Source of the DNA: Desulfobacterales bacterium
GTDB lineage: Bacteria; Desulfobacterota; Desulfobacteria; Desulfobacterales; JAFDCJ01
NCBI GenBank assembly: GCA_050124355.1
Contig: JASFFJ010000001.1
Span: 1 to 47,701, forward strand
Length of the DNA stretch: 47,701 bases
Direction of reading: 5' to 3'
Shown here piece after piece: positions 9,306-19,710 of this stretch (position 1 is its first letter; each line of letters starts with the position of its first letter). Position numbers and translations under genes: made by a program. The notes under the pieces are model-generated. The model ran no database searches. It was given only the letters and a program-made list of their open reading frames with translations, and had not been told where the DNA came from.

Positions 9306-10766
9306 TCAAGGCTCATTTTCCAGGATGCTAACGTTGTTGGCGCTGCGGTTGGCCACCGCCAGATCCAGATCACCGTCGCCGTCCCAGTCGCCCACAGCCA
9401 ATGCGTTGGCACCGAGCTGATCTGAAATGGTATCTATGGAATTGAATACGCCGGAGGAGTCATTCTCCAATATGCTAATTTTGTTGGCGCTGCGGTTGGC
9501 CACCGCCAGATCCAGATCACCGTCGCCATCCCAATCGCCGACTGCCAATGCACTAGCACCGAGCTGACCCGAAATGGTATCTATGGCAGTGAATACGCCG
9601 GGGGGGTCGTTATCCAATATGCTAACGCTGTTGGTGCTGAAATTGGCGACCGCCAGATCCAGATCACCGTCGCCATCCCAATCACCGACGGCCAATGCAC
9701 TGGCACCGAGCTGACCCGAAATGGTATCTATGGCAGTGAATACGCCGGAGGAGTCATTCTCTAATATGCGAACGCTGTTAGTGCTGAAGATGGCCGCCGC
9801 CAGGTCCAAATCACCGTCGTCATCCCAATCGCCCGCGGCCAGTGCGCTGGCGCCGCCCAGACCCGAAATGGTATTAAGGGCAGTGAATGCGCCAGGGAGG
9901 TCATTTTCCAGTATGCTAACGTTTTTGGTGCTGAAATTGGACACCGCCAAATCCAGGTCGCCGTCGCCATCCCAATCGCCTGCAACCAATGCGCTGGCAC
10001 CGTCTTGATCCGAAATTCTATCTATGGCATTGAATCCGCCGGGGGGGTTATTCTCTAATATGCTAACACTGTTGGTGCTGAAGATGGTCGCCGCCAGATC
10101 CAGATCACCATCGCCATCCCAATCGCCCGCAGCCAATGCGCTGGCACCACCCAGACCCGGAATGGTATCGATGGCGGTGAATAAGCCGGTGGGATCATTT
10201 TCCAGTATGTTAACGTTTTTGGTGCTGAAGTTGGCCACCGCCAGATCCAGGTCGCCGTCGCCGTCCCAATCGCCCGCAGCCAATGCGCTGGCACCTGTTT
10301 GGTCCTCGATTGTATCTGTAACATTAAAGCTGCCGTTGCCGTTTAAAGTTTCTGACCGGAAACGGTAAACGATGGGTAATTCCAACGACACACCCTCAGT
10401 CGAAGTCAAGGAATTGGTTAACGTAACCTCGATCTCTTCACCAATCTTGAACTTGTTGTTGGAATCGAAGCGCAGGGTCTTCGATCCATCACCAGAATAA
10501 ATTCCAGCCAATCTACCGGTCTGAGACCCATACACCACAAAAGTATTGGCGGAAACGGAGTCCATCTTCGTATCAAAGGTGGCCGTTACATCAGACCCTT
10601 GCACAACTGAGCTGTCATTGGCTTCAGGGTCGAGACCCGTAAGGTTCGGCGCACTTTCAATTGCGCCTGCTCCGGGAGAGGAACCATCTGAAGAGCCACC
10701 GTCGCAGGCCACTAAATTTAATAATAAAAGTAGAGATATTATACTGATCCAAAGTGCTGTTCTCAT
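9306..10766 (-). CDS. Lipoprotein with Ig-like (Big_5/SbsA-like) domain and 7 FG-GAP repeats
   Basis: Lipobox LVAC after a hydrophobic signal; seven 49-aa repeats containing GDWDGDGDLDLA (147-bp period). Confidence 0.88.
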   Translation of the reverse strand: MRTALWISIISLLLLLNLVACDGGSSDGSSPGAGAIESAPNLTGLDPEANDSSVVQGSDVTATFDTKMDSVSANTFVVYGSQTGRLAGIYSGDGSKTLRFDSNNKFKIGEEIEVTLTNSLTSTEGVSLELPIVYRFRSETLNGNGSFNVTDTIEDQTGASALAAGDWDGDGDLDLAVANFSTKNVNILENDPTGLFTAIDTIPGLGGASALAAGDWDGDGDLDLAATIFSTNSVSILENNPPGGFNAIDRISDQDGASALVAGDWDGDGDLDLAVSNFSTKNVSILENDLPGAFTALNTISGLGGASALAAGDWDDDGDLDLAAAIFSTNSVRILENDSSGVFTAIDTISGQLGASALAVGDWDGDGDLDLAVANFSTNSVSILDNDPPGVFTAIDTISGQLGASALAVGDWDGDGDLDLAVANRSANKISILENDSSGVFNSIDTISDQLGANALAVGDWDGDGDLDLAVANRSANNVSILENEP

Positions 10767-10930
10767 GATATTGCCTCAATATTTGTATTTTATTTCAACC
10801 ATTTCTAAATCCAGCTGCATTAGAGATCACACAATACCTATGTAGGATCCATGTACGTGATGAGAAATGCTCTCTTATTTTTTTATTTATTCCGGAACTA
10901 GGGAAAACTTTATTCCTCTGTCAGATTTCC

Positions 10931-10945
10931 GCAAAAAGCATGCCA
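10931..10945 (-). promoter_or_regulatory. Sigma54 (-24/-12) promoter for the FG-GAP lipoprotein
   Basis: Minus strand TGGCATGCTTTTTGC with exact GG-N10-GC spacing, about 165 bp upstream of the start. Confidence 0.65.
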
Positions 10946-11093
10946 TGTCCGCAAATTACGACATGCTTAAAGAAAGGATATGATAACAGGTAGTTATTTT
11001 AAGACATGAAAGACAAGGAAGGAATGGTGTGAAGATAATTATCTATAATTATGTCATCGATTTCATGATTTATGTCATTTCTTTTTTGGATTG

Positions 11094-12143
11094 TCAATTT
11101 TTTCTCTGTTTTAGGATAGTGGATATTTTTTCGGCCATTGCTTCTGCCAATATCTTATGACCGAAATCGGAAAAATGCCAGATGTCGGCGAAGGTGGTCT
11201 CCGGTTCGCCGTTGAAACTTCTTGAACAATCCAAATAATGAAATCCCTCTTTTCGAGACCGGTTGATTAAGCCGGCTCTAATTGAGGCATAGCTTTCAGT
11301 GAATGACTGAGCAGAAGCATGGGGTTTTAGAGATCCTTTTATAAGGGCCTCTTCAATTTTCGTCCGGTTTGACCGTTCGACGAGAGATGGTTGGAGAACG
11401 ACCAGCATATCACCGCCTGCATTCTGACATAGGTTCCAGGCAACGTCCATATTGTTCAGGTAGTTTGATACCCTTTGACGGTAATCATGGGCATGGTAAA
11501 GTAGTGTCCATGATGACCCATCCGTAGGCCGTATTTTTTCGCCATAGAGGGTTTTGGCGGTTGCGCCATTGGTTAGATCGTTCAATCCGTTGAGAAAAAC
11601 GATCAAATCGAAAGGCTGATGTTGATGGTACTCTTCAACGGCCCTGAGCTCCTGGATAGATTTCCACGCACCGGCAGCAATGATAGTAATATCGCTGAAA
11701 GCCCGCTGGTTGTCCAACGACCTACCGACGATGTTAAAATAGGTTTTGGGTATTTCCGAAGCATAGGCGCCAAATGCGACGCTGCCGCCCACCATAAGAA
11801 TATTGTACTTTTTCTTACCCATGGATTCATATTTCTGGTGGCCATTGTTATCGATTTCCAGCAGACCGGGGACATGGGCTTCCGGTTCATGCCAACCCAG
11901 CCGGGAATCTCGTATCTTTTTGCCCAATCTTGCACCCCAGAATCCCTCCCTCGGTCCGGAAGCTGGTATGGAAAGTCCCCGTTCGATGTAAGACGCTTCC
12001 CAGGCTTTACGATTTAGATCGATGCCTCGCGATTCAGCATCCTGGATGTAAAATCGCCATGCAAAAGAGAATATCGTTATCATGACGGCGACCAGCAGTC
12101 CGATCAGATAAAGCTTCTTGAGATGAGCCGATTTCTTATGCAA
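11094..12143 (-). CDS. SGNH/GDSL hydrolase family protein, membrane anchored
   Basis: N-terminal TM helix; GGSVAFG, FLNGLND and FADIWHFSDFGH (DxxH). Confidence 0.8.
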   Translation of the reverse strand: MHKKSAHLKKLYLIGLLVAVMITIFSFAWRFYIQDAESRGIDLNRKAWEASYIERGLSIPASGPREGFWGARLGKKIRDSRLGWHEPEAHVPGLLEIDNNGHQKYESMGKKKYNILMVGGSVAFGAYASEIPKTYFNIVGRSLDNQRAFSDITIIAAGAWKSIQELRAVEEYHQHQPFDLIVFLNGLNDLTNGATAKTLYGEKIRPTDGSSWTLLYHAHDYRQRVSNYLNNMDVAWNLCQNAGGDMLVVLQPSLVERSNRTKIEEALIKGSLKPHASAQSFTESYASIRAGLINRSRKEGFHYLDCSRSFNGEPETTFADIWHFSDFGHKILAEAMAEKISTILKQRKN

Positions 12144-12235
12144 TGTTTCCCCCGGTGATCCGATGTATCGAGCCTAATATTTTTTTAACAGAATTGGACC
12201 TGATGGTTTCCTGTCTTGCCACATTCGGTAATGAA

Positions 12236-12328
12236 ATCTCTCCGCGGCAAGCCGCGGAGTATCATGCATTTAGGGTTTAACTCACTTTTATCGCAGCTAG
12301 CTCCGGGGAATTAAACCCAGGAGAGATT
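12236..12328. repeat. Palindromic element with IS200/IS605-end-like hairpins
   Basis: AATCTCTCCGCGGCAAGCCGCGGAGTATC ... CGCAGCTAGCTCCGGGGAATTAAACCCAGGAGAGATT; terminal AATCTCTCC/GGAGAGATT are inverted. Confidence 0.55.
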
Positions 12329-12333
12329 AAAAC

Positions 12334-12448
12334 TTGATGAACTCGTAAAAAGTCAGAATTTCGAATATCCTTCATTGTAACTCGCTGAAATTACAAGCTT
12401 TAAAATTTTATTTGTGTGCTTTTGGTGCCTTTTTGCAGCCATATCAAA
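12334..12448. repeat. MITE-like element with imperfect terminal inverted repeats
   Basis: TTGATGAACTCGTAAAAAGTC ... GCCTTTTTGCAGCCATATCAA; related ends near 29983-30003 and 32969-32991. Confidence 0.5.
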
Positions 12449-12771
12449 CTTCCCAAATCAGAATATTTTTGCCAATGAGGCCTACCGTTTTCAGGCTGGC
12501 GGCATCGCTGACATCTGTTATGGCATTTGTGCAATGGACATATTAATTCTTGCATAAAAATACAGAAAATGCAAAATATTGAAGAATAAACCATTGTAAT
12601 TATGAGAAAATATCAATTTATAGGGTCAAGGAAGTGAGTTTTGCCGGGGCCCTTGAATGGGCATTAGGGCTAACTGTAGGATGGATAGTTTGCTTGTCAT
12701 TCCGACCAAACATTTTTTATCGCAATTGTCAAAATTGCGCATATTTGTGTTTTCGACCATTCAGCCCCAAT

Positions 12772-12853
12772 CCGGAGTCCAGTGGCATTCGGTAATCATA
12801 TGCTCCTGGATGCCGGATCCGTCATCCCGGACTGGATCCGGGACTGGCATGAC
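12772..12853. repeat. GTCAT-type REP-like palindrome with a nested copy
   Basis: CCGGAGTCCAG ... CTGGATGCCGGATCC[GTCATCCCGGACTGGATCC]GGGACTGGCATGAC; same family at 29874-29966 and 45930-46024. Confidence 0.7.
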
Positions 12854-12906
12854 ATGAGGAACCATCAACTATTCATTTGCTGACAAGCTAAATTGGCCAG
12901 ATTTCG

Positions 12907-13989
12907 CTATTGTTTCCAGGTCTTGCGCAAGACCCGCAACCAGTTTTCATGGGTTATGTTGCGCAACGCTTCCTCGTCGTAACCATGATCTCGGAGGGTG
13001 TTGAGAAGTTTCGGCATACCGGCAACGTCACCGAGATCCAGCGGCATGATGGCCCCATCGAAATCGGAGCCGAATGCCACGTGGTCGATGCCGATGCGCC
13101 GGACAATATAGTCGATGTGGCGTACAATTTCAGAAATCGGCGTATCCGGTTCCCGCCGCCCGTCTTCACGCAAAAATCCGACGTGAAAGTTGACCCCCAC
13201 AACCCCGTCCGATTCTTTGATGGCATCCAGTTGTTTATCGGTTAGATTGCGGGTCGATGGACAACAGGCATGGGCCCCGGCATGGGTGACGACCAGCGGC
13301 GCATCGGAAATTCCGGCGGTGTCCCAAAAACCCTGTTCGTTGATATGCGCCAGGTCGACTATTATCCCCAAGCGGTTGCATGCAGTTACCAGTTGCCGGC
13401 CGGCGTCACTTAGCCCTGGTCCGGTATCCGGGGAGCCGGGAAACTTAAAGGGGACCCCGTTGGCAAACGCATTGGGGCGGCTCCAGGCCAGGCCCAGGGA
13501 CCGCAGTCCGGCCTGATAAAAAACGTCGAGGGCATTCAGATCCGGATCAATAGCCTCGGCCCCCTCGAAATGCAACACCGCTGCAATAACGTCCTGACCC
13601 AGAGTTGCCGTTAGTTCGCCGGCCGTTCGGACTACCTTGATCTGCCCCTCGGATTCTGCCTCGAGACGGAACATGCCTGCCATAGCTTTGATGGTGATGT
13701 CACGAGCGTAGGTGGGATCGAGGGCATCCGCCAGCGGTAATTCGTAGGCCGTTACCGTTGAATCCGGGAGAACTCCCGGGAATCCGCCGGTGGCAGAATT
13801 TGACCGAACAAAAACCGCAAAAAAACCACCGGCAAATCCACCTTCGCGCATACGCGGCAGATCAATATGTCCCTCAGCAGTGCGCTCGAAAAAGGAGCGC
13901 GGCCGGCCGCGGCCGGATTGAGGCAGATAAATGCTCTGCAGGACATCATTGTGCCCATCGAATATGGGCAGATGATTGTCAGTTCTCAT
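12907..13989 (-). CDS. Membrane dipeptidase (peptidase M19)
   Basis: FDGHND, HIDLPR, LHFEGAE, DLAH, RNLTD, GSDFDG. Confidence 0.93.
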   Translation of the reverse strand: MRTDNHLPIFDGHNDVLQSIYLPQSGRGRPRSFFERTAEGHIDLPRMREGGFAGGFFAVFVRSNSATGGFPGVLPDSTVTAYELPLADALDPTYARDITIKAMAGMFRLEAESEGQIKVVRTAGELTATLGQDVIAAVLHFEGAEAIDPDLNALDVFYQAGLRSLGLAWSRPNAFANGVPFKFPGSPDTGPGLSDAGRQLVTACNRLGIIVDLAHINEQGFWDTAGISDAPLVVTHAGAHACCPSTRNLTDKQLDAIKESDGVVGVNFHVGFLREDGRREPDTPISEIVRHIDYIVRRIGIDHVAFGSDFDGAIMPLDLGDVAGMPKLLNTLRDHGYDEEALRNITHENWLRVLRKTWKQ

Positions 13990-14534
13990 GGGTGCACCTC
14001 GAAGGAATAACGAACGACGAATGACGAACGATGGAAACGTTCCCGGCCATGGTAGCCAATTTACCGTAGCAGCCTCGCTGAGTCTTTATTGATGAATTAA
14101 TATGGTCCGCGCACATCGAAATTCATTACTCGATTTTTTTTTGAAATAAAATGTTGCAGATCCGCGTTTGGGGGGCGAATCGTTTACCACATGACTATCA
14201 AGGTTTGAAGGCCTTGTAAACAGCGGGATTCAGTATGTTTCGGAAATTGGTTTTTACGAATTTGGATATTATTTGGAATTTGGGTATTGGGATTTTAGTA
14301 CCGTATCCCGAAAAGTAAATCGCTTTTTGATCGAGCTGAAGCTGACACGGACATTGCCTTAATGTAAATCACCTTATCATGTTGACCGCCAGCGTGTTAG
14401 GTGGTACATAAAATCCGGTTTCATGACCGCCGGATCTATTGGTGTTTTACGTGCCGATAAATTCGTTTCGCGTGTCACACGTCGTGATCCATCTAACCAA
14501 CGGTTTTTAAACCGCATCAAAAGGAGGAAACATC

Positions 14535-16118
14535 ATGATGAGAAAACTTATCTTCGGAGTGGCAGCCGTTCTTGTGATCCTGGGGTTGGGATTGACGCCC
14601 GGGGCAGATGCTGCCGAGCGCAAGGATGTGCTGGTCATCGGCATGGCAACCAGCGACCTCATTTCCCTGGACCCCGCCAAGGCCTTCGAGTTTTCAGGCG
14701 TTGGCATTGACGTCCAGATCTACGACCGCCTGCTCGATTTTCCGGCCGGAAAATTTGACAAACCGGAGCTTTCGCTGGCCGAGTCTTATGAAGTGTCGCC
14801 GGACGGCAAAACCTGGACCTTCAAGCTACGCGAAGGGGTCAAGTTTCACAGCGGCAATCCCTTAACGGCCGATGATGTCGTGTACTCTTTCCAGCGAGTG
14901 GTCACCCTAAAGGATCAACCGTCATTCATCCTGACCCAATTCGGCATAACACCGGACTCTGTCAAAGCGGTCGACAAGTATACGGTCCAGATAACCCTGG
15001 ATGAAAAATATGCCGGTGGTATTTTCTTTGCCTGCCTGTCCGCCGGCGTGGCCAGCATCGTCGACTCCCAGGTGGTCAAGCAACACATCCAAAAGACCGA
15101 CAAGTATCCGGACGGTGACATGGGTCTCACCTGGCTGACCCGCAACTCAGCCGGTTCCGGTCCGTTCATCCTGCGCCAATGGGCAAAGGGCGATCGGGTC
15201 GTTCTGGATGCCTTCCCGGACCACTTTAAATATCCCCCCAAGGTCAAGCGGGTGGTGATCAAGGAGATCGTGGAAGCCACCAGCCGTCGGCTACAGGTCG
15301 AAAAGGGTGATACAGATATTGCCTGGAATATGTTTCCCGATCAGATCAAGGAACTCAAAAAGAACCCGGACCTGCGGGTCGAAAGCATACCGGCCACGGC
15401 TATCTATTACATGGGTATGAACGTTACCAAAGGCCCGTTGAAGGACAACCGTGTGCGCACGGCCATCCGCCACGCCATCAACTACGACGGTATTATCAAT
15501 GATATCATGGGGGGTGCCGCCAAACCGATTAACACCTTCATCCCTGAGGGTTTCGCCGGCTATGAAAACACCGTATATTATCGCGAAGATCTCGAAAAAG
15601 CCCGCCAACTGATGGCGGACGCAGGGTATTCCGACGGCTTTGAGATTTCCATGAATCACGGTGATGCGACTCCCTATCCCGAAATCGCCCAGGCGCTGCA
15701 GAATGCTCTGGCCCGCATCGGCATTAAAGTTAAGCTCATCAAGCTGATCTCCGCCCAACTGTGGCCCGTGTACCGGGCCCAGCAGCACGAGCTGATCCTT
15801 GCCCGCTGGGGACCGGACTACGTGGATCCGCATACCAATGCCCAGCCCTTTGCGGACTACAAGGCCAAGCAATTGTGCTGGCGCAACATGTACTACAATG
15901 ATGAAACGTCCCAGTTGATCCAACAGGCTGGTCAGGAAATGGATAATGACAAACGCATCGCCCTGTACCAAAAGGCCAACAAAATCATCCAGACTGAAGG
16001 CCCCTATGCCATGATATATCAGAGCATGTACGAGCATGTGGTACGCAACAACATCGGAGATGTTTTTGCGGCACCCTCGTTTGATCTCTGGAAACTGTAT
16101 CCGATTACCAAGAAGTAA
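14535..16118 (+). CDS. Dipeptide/oligopeptide ABC transporter substrate-binding protein (family 5)
   Basis: Signal peptide; SLDPA, LAESYEVSPDGKTWTFKLREGVKFHSG, GSGPF; AGGAGG RBS. Confidence 0.93.
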   Translation: MMRKLIFGVAAVLVILGLGLTPGADAAERKDVLVIGMATSDLISLDPAKAFEFSGVGIDVQIYDRLLDFPAGKFDKPELSLAESYEVSPDGKTWTFKLREGVKFHSGNPLTADDVVYSFQRVVTLKDQPSFILTQFGITPDSVKAVDKYTVQITLDEKYAGGIFFACLSAGVASIVDSQVVKQHIQKTDKYPDGDMGLTWLTRNSAGSGPFILRQWAKGDRVVLDAFPDHFKYPPKVKRVVIKEIVEATSRRLQVEKGDTDIAWNMFPDQIKELKKNPDLRVESIPATAIYYMGMNVTKGPLKDNRVRTAIRHAINYDGIINDIMGGAAKPINTFIPEGFAGYENTVYYREDLEKARQLMADAGYSDGFEISMNHGDATPYPEIAQALQNALARIGIKVKLIKLISAQLWPVYRAQQHELILARWGPDYVDPHTNAQPFADYKAKQLCWRNMYYNDETSQLIQQAGQEMDNDKRIALYQKANKIIQTEGPYAMIYQSMYEHVVRNNIGDVFAAPSFDLWKLYPITKK

Positions 16119-16131
16119 ATATTTACAAACC

Positions 16132-16267
16132 GTTCATGGGTTCGGAGGTTCAAAGGTTCAGGGTTTCAAGATTCGCGTCAAATCTGAACATCAGAATGCA
16201 TTCTAGGCGGCGTAGGATCAAGGTCAACGTAAGAGAGGCAACCCTGAGCCGTGAACCCATGAACCTA
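16132..16267. repeat. Inverted arrays of short tandem repeats (GGTTCA../..TGAACC) inside the dpp operon
   Basis: GTTCATGGGTTCGGAGGTTCAAAGGTTCAGGGTT ... AACCCTGAGCCGTGAACCCATGAACC; similar arms at 31389-31582. Confidence 0.65.
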
Positions 16268-16300
16268 GTAACGCCTATAACCAATAAACCTGTGAGGTAG

Positions 16301-17314
16301 ATGGCTCGATACATTCTACGTCGTCTGGTCACCCTGATCGTTACCCTGATCGGAATAATGGTGGTGACCTTTTTTATCTCTCTGGTGGTCCCCCTGGACC
16401 CCTTGGCCTCCATCGCCGGGCCCCAGGCGCCCCAGGAGACAGTCGATCGTCTGCGCACCCTTTACGGATTTGATCAGCCGATTTACGTGCAATTCGGCCG
16501 TTATATGAATCGTCTGCTGCATGGCGATCTGGGAACCTCTTTCCAGACCGGACGACCGGTGATCGAGGATATCTTACAATATTTTCCCGCCACCATCGAG
16601 CTGGCAACCCTGGCCCTGATCATATCCATCATCGTCGGGATTCCATTGGGAGTCTTCTCAGCCGTATATCGCAATTCCCCCATCGATCATTTTTCTCGCG
16701 TGCTGAGTCTGATCGGTGTGTCGATGCCGGTTTTCTGGCTGGGTCTGGTGCTGCTGCTGATCTTTTATTTCAAGCTCGGCTGGTTTCCGGAACCCGGACG
16801 ACTGGACATCATGCTCATTGAACCCCAACGCGTCACCGGGCTTCTGCTCATAGACAGCATACTTGCCTTGGATTGGGAAGTGTTCTGGGACGCTTTGAAA
16901 CATCTGGCGCTTCCGGCCACAGTGCTGGGCCTCTACGGTCTGGCCGGCATTGCCCGTATCGTGCGCTCCAGTATGCTTGATGTCCTTTCCCAGGAATACA
17001 TCAAGACGGCCCGGATCAAAGGATTGAGTGAATTTTTGGTTCTGACGCGACACGCCTTGCGCAATGCCCTGGTACCGGCTGTCACCGTCATCGGGCTGAC
17101 CTATGGGGGTCTGCTGGAAGGATCGGTGCTGACGGAGACTATTTTTGCCTGGCCCGGGCTGGGCCGCTATCTTGCCACCGCGTTTTTGACGCTGGATTTG
17201 AATGCGGTTGTCGGCGGCACCATGCTGGTCGCCCTGACGTTTTCCCTGGCCAATCTGGCCGTCGATCTGACCTATGCCTTCTTGAATCCCAAGATAACCC
17301 TGGCGGAACAATGA
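16301..17314 (+). CDS. Peptide ABC transporter permease (DppB-like)
   Basis: GDLGTS, FPATIELA, EYIKTARIKGL (EAA loop), ETIFAWPGLG. Confidence 0.93.
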   Translation: MARYILRRLVTLIVTLIGIMVVTFFISLVVPLDPLASIAGPQAPQETVDRLRTLYGFDQPIYVQFGRYMNRLLHGDLGTSFQTGRPVIEDILQYFPATIELATLALIISIIVGIPLGVFSAVYRNSPIDHFSRVLSLIGVSMPVFWLGLVLLLIFYFKLGWFPEPGRLDIMLIEPQRVTGLLLIDSILALDWEVFWDALKHLALPATVLGLYGLAGIARIVRSSMLDVLSQEYIKTARIKGLSEFLVLTRHALRNALVPAVTVIGLTYGGLLEGSVLTETIFAWPGLGRYLATAFLTLDLNAVVGGTMLVALTFSLANLAVDLTYAFLNPKITLAEQ

Positions 17315-18213
17315 ACATTACCAATTCCCTGGATAAAGGTGAAGCACGGCGCCAGCGCTGGAAGGCGCGATCGCGCTATTGGAAGGACAGCCTCACCTTG
17401 TGGCGGCGCAACCGTCTCATGGAGGTGGGAACCGGTATTATCGTGTTTTTTTTACTGGTGGCCGCTTTGGCGCCACTGCTGGCCACCCATGACCCCTATG
17501 AGCAGATTTTGTCGGATCGACTGCAGCCGCCCTCGATGCAACACTATTTCGGTACCGACAGCCTTGGACGGGACATCTTCTCACGGGTTGTATTTGGCTC
17601 CCGTGTGACCCTCACCATCGCCGTTCTGGTGGCCGCTATCTCCACGCCGCTGGGATTGGTGATCGGCGTGCTGGCGGGATACTTCGGCAAAGCGCTAGAC
17701 GAAATCCTCATGCGCTTTTCCGATATTTTTCTGGCGTTTCCCAAATTGATCCTGGCCATTGCCTTTGCTGCAGCGCTCGGACCCGGCGTGGAAAATGCCA
17801 TCGTGGCGATCTCCATCGCCAACTGGCCGAGTTACGCCCGCTTGGCCAGGGCCGAGACCCTAAGCGTGCGCAACAACGACTATATCCAGGTGATTCGCAG
17901 CATGGGAGCCAGTAATCTGCGTATCATGGTGGGACATATTACCCCCATGTGCATGTCTTCCATTATCGTACGCCTGAGCCTGGACATGGGTACCATCATT
18001 CTCACGGCCGCCGGACTCGGATTTCTCGGATTAGGCGCCCAACCGCCCGTGCCGGAATGGGGGTTGATGGTCAGCGACGGCCGCCAGTTCCTGGTCGATC
18101 AATGGTGGGTGTCGACCCTGCCCGGGTTCGCCATCCTTGTCGTCGTCATGGGCTTTAACCTGATGGGCGACGGCATTCGGGATATTCTGGATCCGCACCA
18201 GAGGCAAAGCTGA
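17311..18213 (+). CDS. Peptide ABC transporter permease (DppC-like)
   Basis: FGTDSLGRDIFSR and GLGAQPPVPEWG; ATGA overlap with the upstream permease. Confidence 0.93.
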   Translation: MNITNSLDKGEARRQRWKARSRYWKDSLTLWRRNRLMEVGTGIIVFFLLVAALAPLLATHDPYEQILSDRLQPPSMQHYFGTDSLGRDIFSRVVFGSRVTLTIAVLVAAISTPLGLVIGVLAGYFGKALDEILMRFSDIFLAFPKLILAIAFAAALGPGVENAIVAISIANWPSYARLARAETLSVRNNDYIQVIRSMGASNLRIMVGHITPMCMSSIIVRLSLDMGTIILTAAGLGFLGLGAQPPVPEWGLMVSDGRQFLVDQWWVSTLPGFAILVVVMGFNLMGDGIRDILDPHQRQS

Positions 18214-18340
18214 GTGGAATGCGGAAGGGGGAATGGGGAAGGCGGAATGATATTATAGCCAGGGTGGTTTAGGCCTTTATCAGGTTTTAACTGACAACCT
18301 GTTTTCAGAAAATGAAGGTTTCAGGTGCCAGCCCAGCAAT

Positions 18341-18509
18341 TAGAAAATCTCAAATAGCAAAACACAAATACCAAATAAATCTCAATGACCTAAATTCAAA
18401 ATCCCAAACAATTGGCCTCTGATCTTATTTGAGATTTGGATATTGTTGTTTGGAATTTATTTGTAATTTGGTGCTTGTAATTTGTTATTTCCGGTTTACC
18501 CAAAATTAG
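18341..18509. repeat. AT-rich intergenic repeat family A, copy 2 (empty site)
   Basis: CAAAT-rich arm followed by ATTTG-rich arm; highly similar to the reverse complement of 41731-41901. Confidence 0.85.
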
Positions 18510-18557
18510 TACCTTAGTGGCTGAAAGATTACGCAAATCAAAATTTCAGGAGTTTCA

Positions 18558-19544
18558 TTGGCTGCAGCACCCCTATTAAAAATACAGGATCTCAAGGTAC
18601 ATTTTTACACCCTGCGCGGTGTGGTCCACGCCCTGGAACGGGTTTCATTTGAACTGAAACGCCAGGAAACCCTGGGGCTGGCCGGGGAGACCGGGTGCGG
18701 AAAATCGGTAACCGCCCGATCCATCTTGAGGTTGATCGATCCGCCCGGAAAAATATTGAAAGGCCGCATCATCTTCAAAGGTCAGGATCTTTTATCCCTC
18801 GACGAGGCTGCTATGCGCCAGATACGGGGTGGTGAAATTTCGATGATTATGCAGGAACCCAAGATGTCCTTAAACCCTGTCATCAGGGTTGGCGAGCAGA
18901 TAGCCGAAACCCTCATCATTCATGACAAAACCCTTAACCGTCACTCGGCACGCACACAGGCAGAGGAGATGCTCGCGCAATTGGGCATACCCGATCCGAC
19001 CAGGATGGCCCGACGATATCCGCACGAATTGAGCGGCGGTATGTCCCAGCGAATCATGATTGCCATGATGCTAGTTACCAGTCCCAAGCTGCTGATTGCC
19101 GACGAACCAACCTCGGCCCTGGACGTCACCATTCAGGCCCAAATTTTGGAACTGATTAAAAAATTAATCCGGGATATTAAAACCTCTGTTCTGATGATTA
19201 CCCATGATCTGGGAGTGATGGCGGAAACCTGCGACCGCGTGGCGATAATGTATGCCGGAGACATGGTGGAAATGGGCTCGGTTCGCAGTGTGCTAAAAAA
19301 TCCCCAGCATCCCTACACCCAGGGGCTTTTGCAAACGGTTCCCGACAAGGCCAATCCGGAACAGCCTCTTTTCTCCATCAAAGGAAATGTTCCCAGTTTA
19401 TTAGAACCCCAAACCTGTTGCAGATTTGCACCACGGTGCGACTATGTTATGGATCGTTGCAAACGTGAGATACCACCATTTTTTATGCTCAATGGAGATC
19501 ATCAGGCCGCTTGTTTTCTGCACAGGGACCAATCGGAGGCTTAG
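18558..19544 (+). CDS. Peptide ABC transporter ATP-binding protein (DppD-like)
   Basis: GETGCGKS, LSGGM, IADEPT, HPYT and C-terminal Cys motif. Confidence 0.93.
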   Translation: MAAAPLLKIQDLKVHFYTLRGVVHALERVSFELKRQETLGLAGETGCGKSVTARSILRLIDPPGKILKGRIIFKGQDLLSLDEAAMRQIRGGEISMIMQEPKMSLNPVIRVGEQIAETLIIHDKTLNRHSARTQAEEMLAQLGIPDPTRMARRYPHELSGGMSQRIMIAMMLVTSPKLLIADEPTSALDVTIQAQILELIKKLIRDIKTSVLMITHDLGVMAETCDRVAIMYAGDMVEMGSVRSVLKNPQHPYTQGLLQTVPDKANPEQPLFSIKGNVPSLLEPQTCCRFAPRCDYVMDRCKREIPPFFMLNGDHQAACFLHRDQSEA

Positions 19545-19559
19545 ACAGAAGAATAAAGT

Positions 19560-19709
19560 GAATGTCGAATGTCGAATGACGAATGACGAATGACGAAGTA
19601 AGGAATTCTATCGATTAAACATTAGTTTTCTATCTTGTTAGTGATCTAACATCAACTATCGAGGATCGAGCGACCAGCATCCAGGATCGAGTATCCAGGA
19701 TCGAGCATC
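19560..19709. repeat. Heptamer tandem repeats (GAATGAC)n and (ATCCAGG/ATCGAGN)n
   Basis: GAATGTCGAATGTCGAATGACGAATGACGAATGACG and ATCGAGGATCGAGCGACCAGCATCCAGGATCGAGTATCCAGGATCGAGCATC. Confidence 0.8.
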
Positions 19710-19710
19710 A

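Noticed and set aside
9310-10300. Regular 147-bp repeats as a CRISPR-like array
   Set aside because: In-frame coding FG-GAP repeats with synonymous variation and no unique spacers.
15291-17311. Long antisense ORFs (248 aa, 217 aa) and similar shadows such as 40725-41303
   Set aside because: They are opposite well-supported genes and have no motifs; explained by codon bias.
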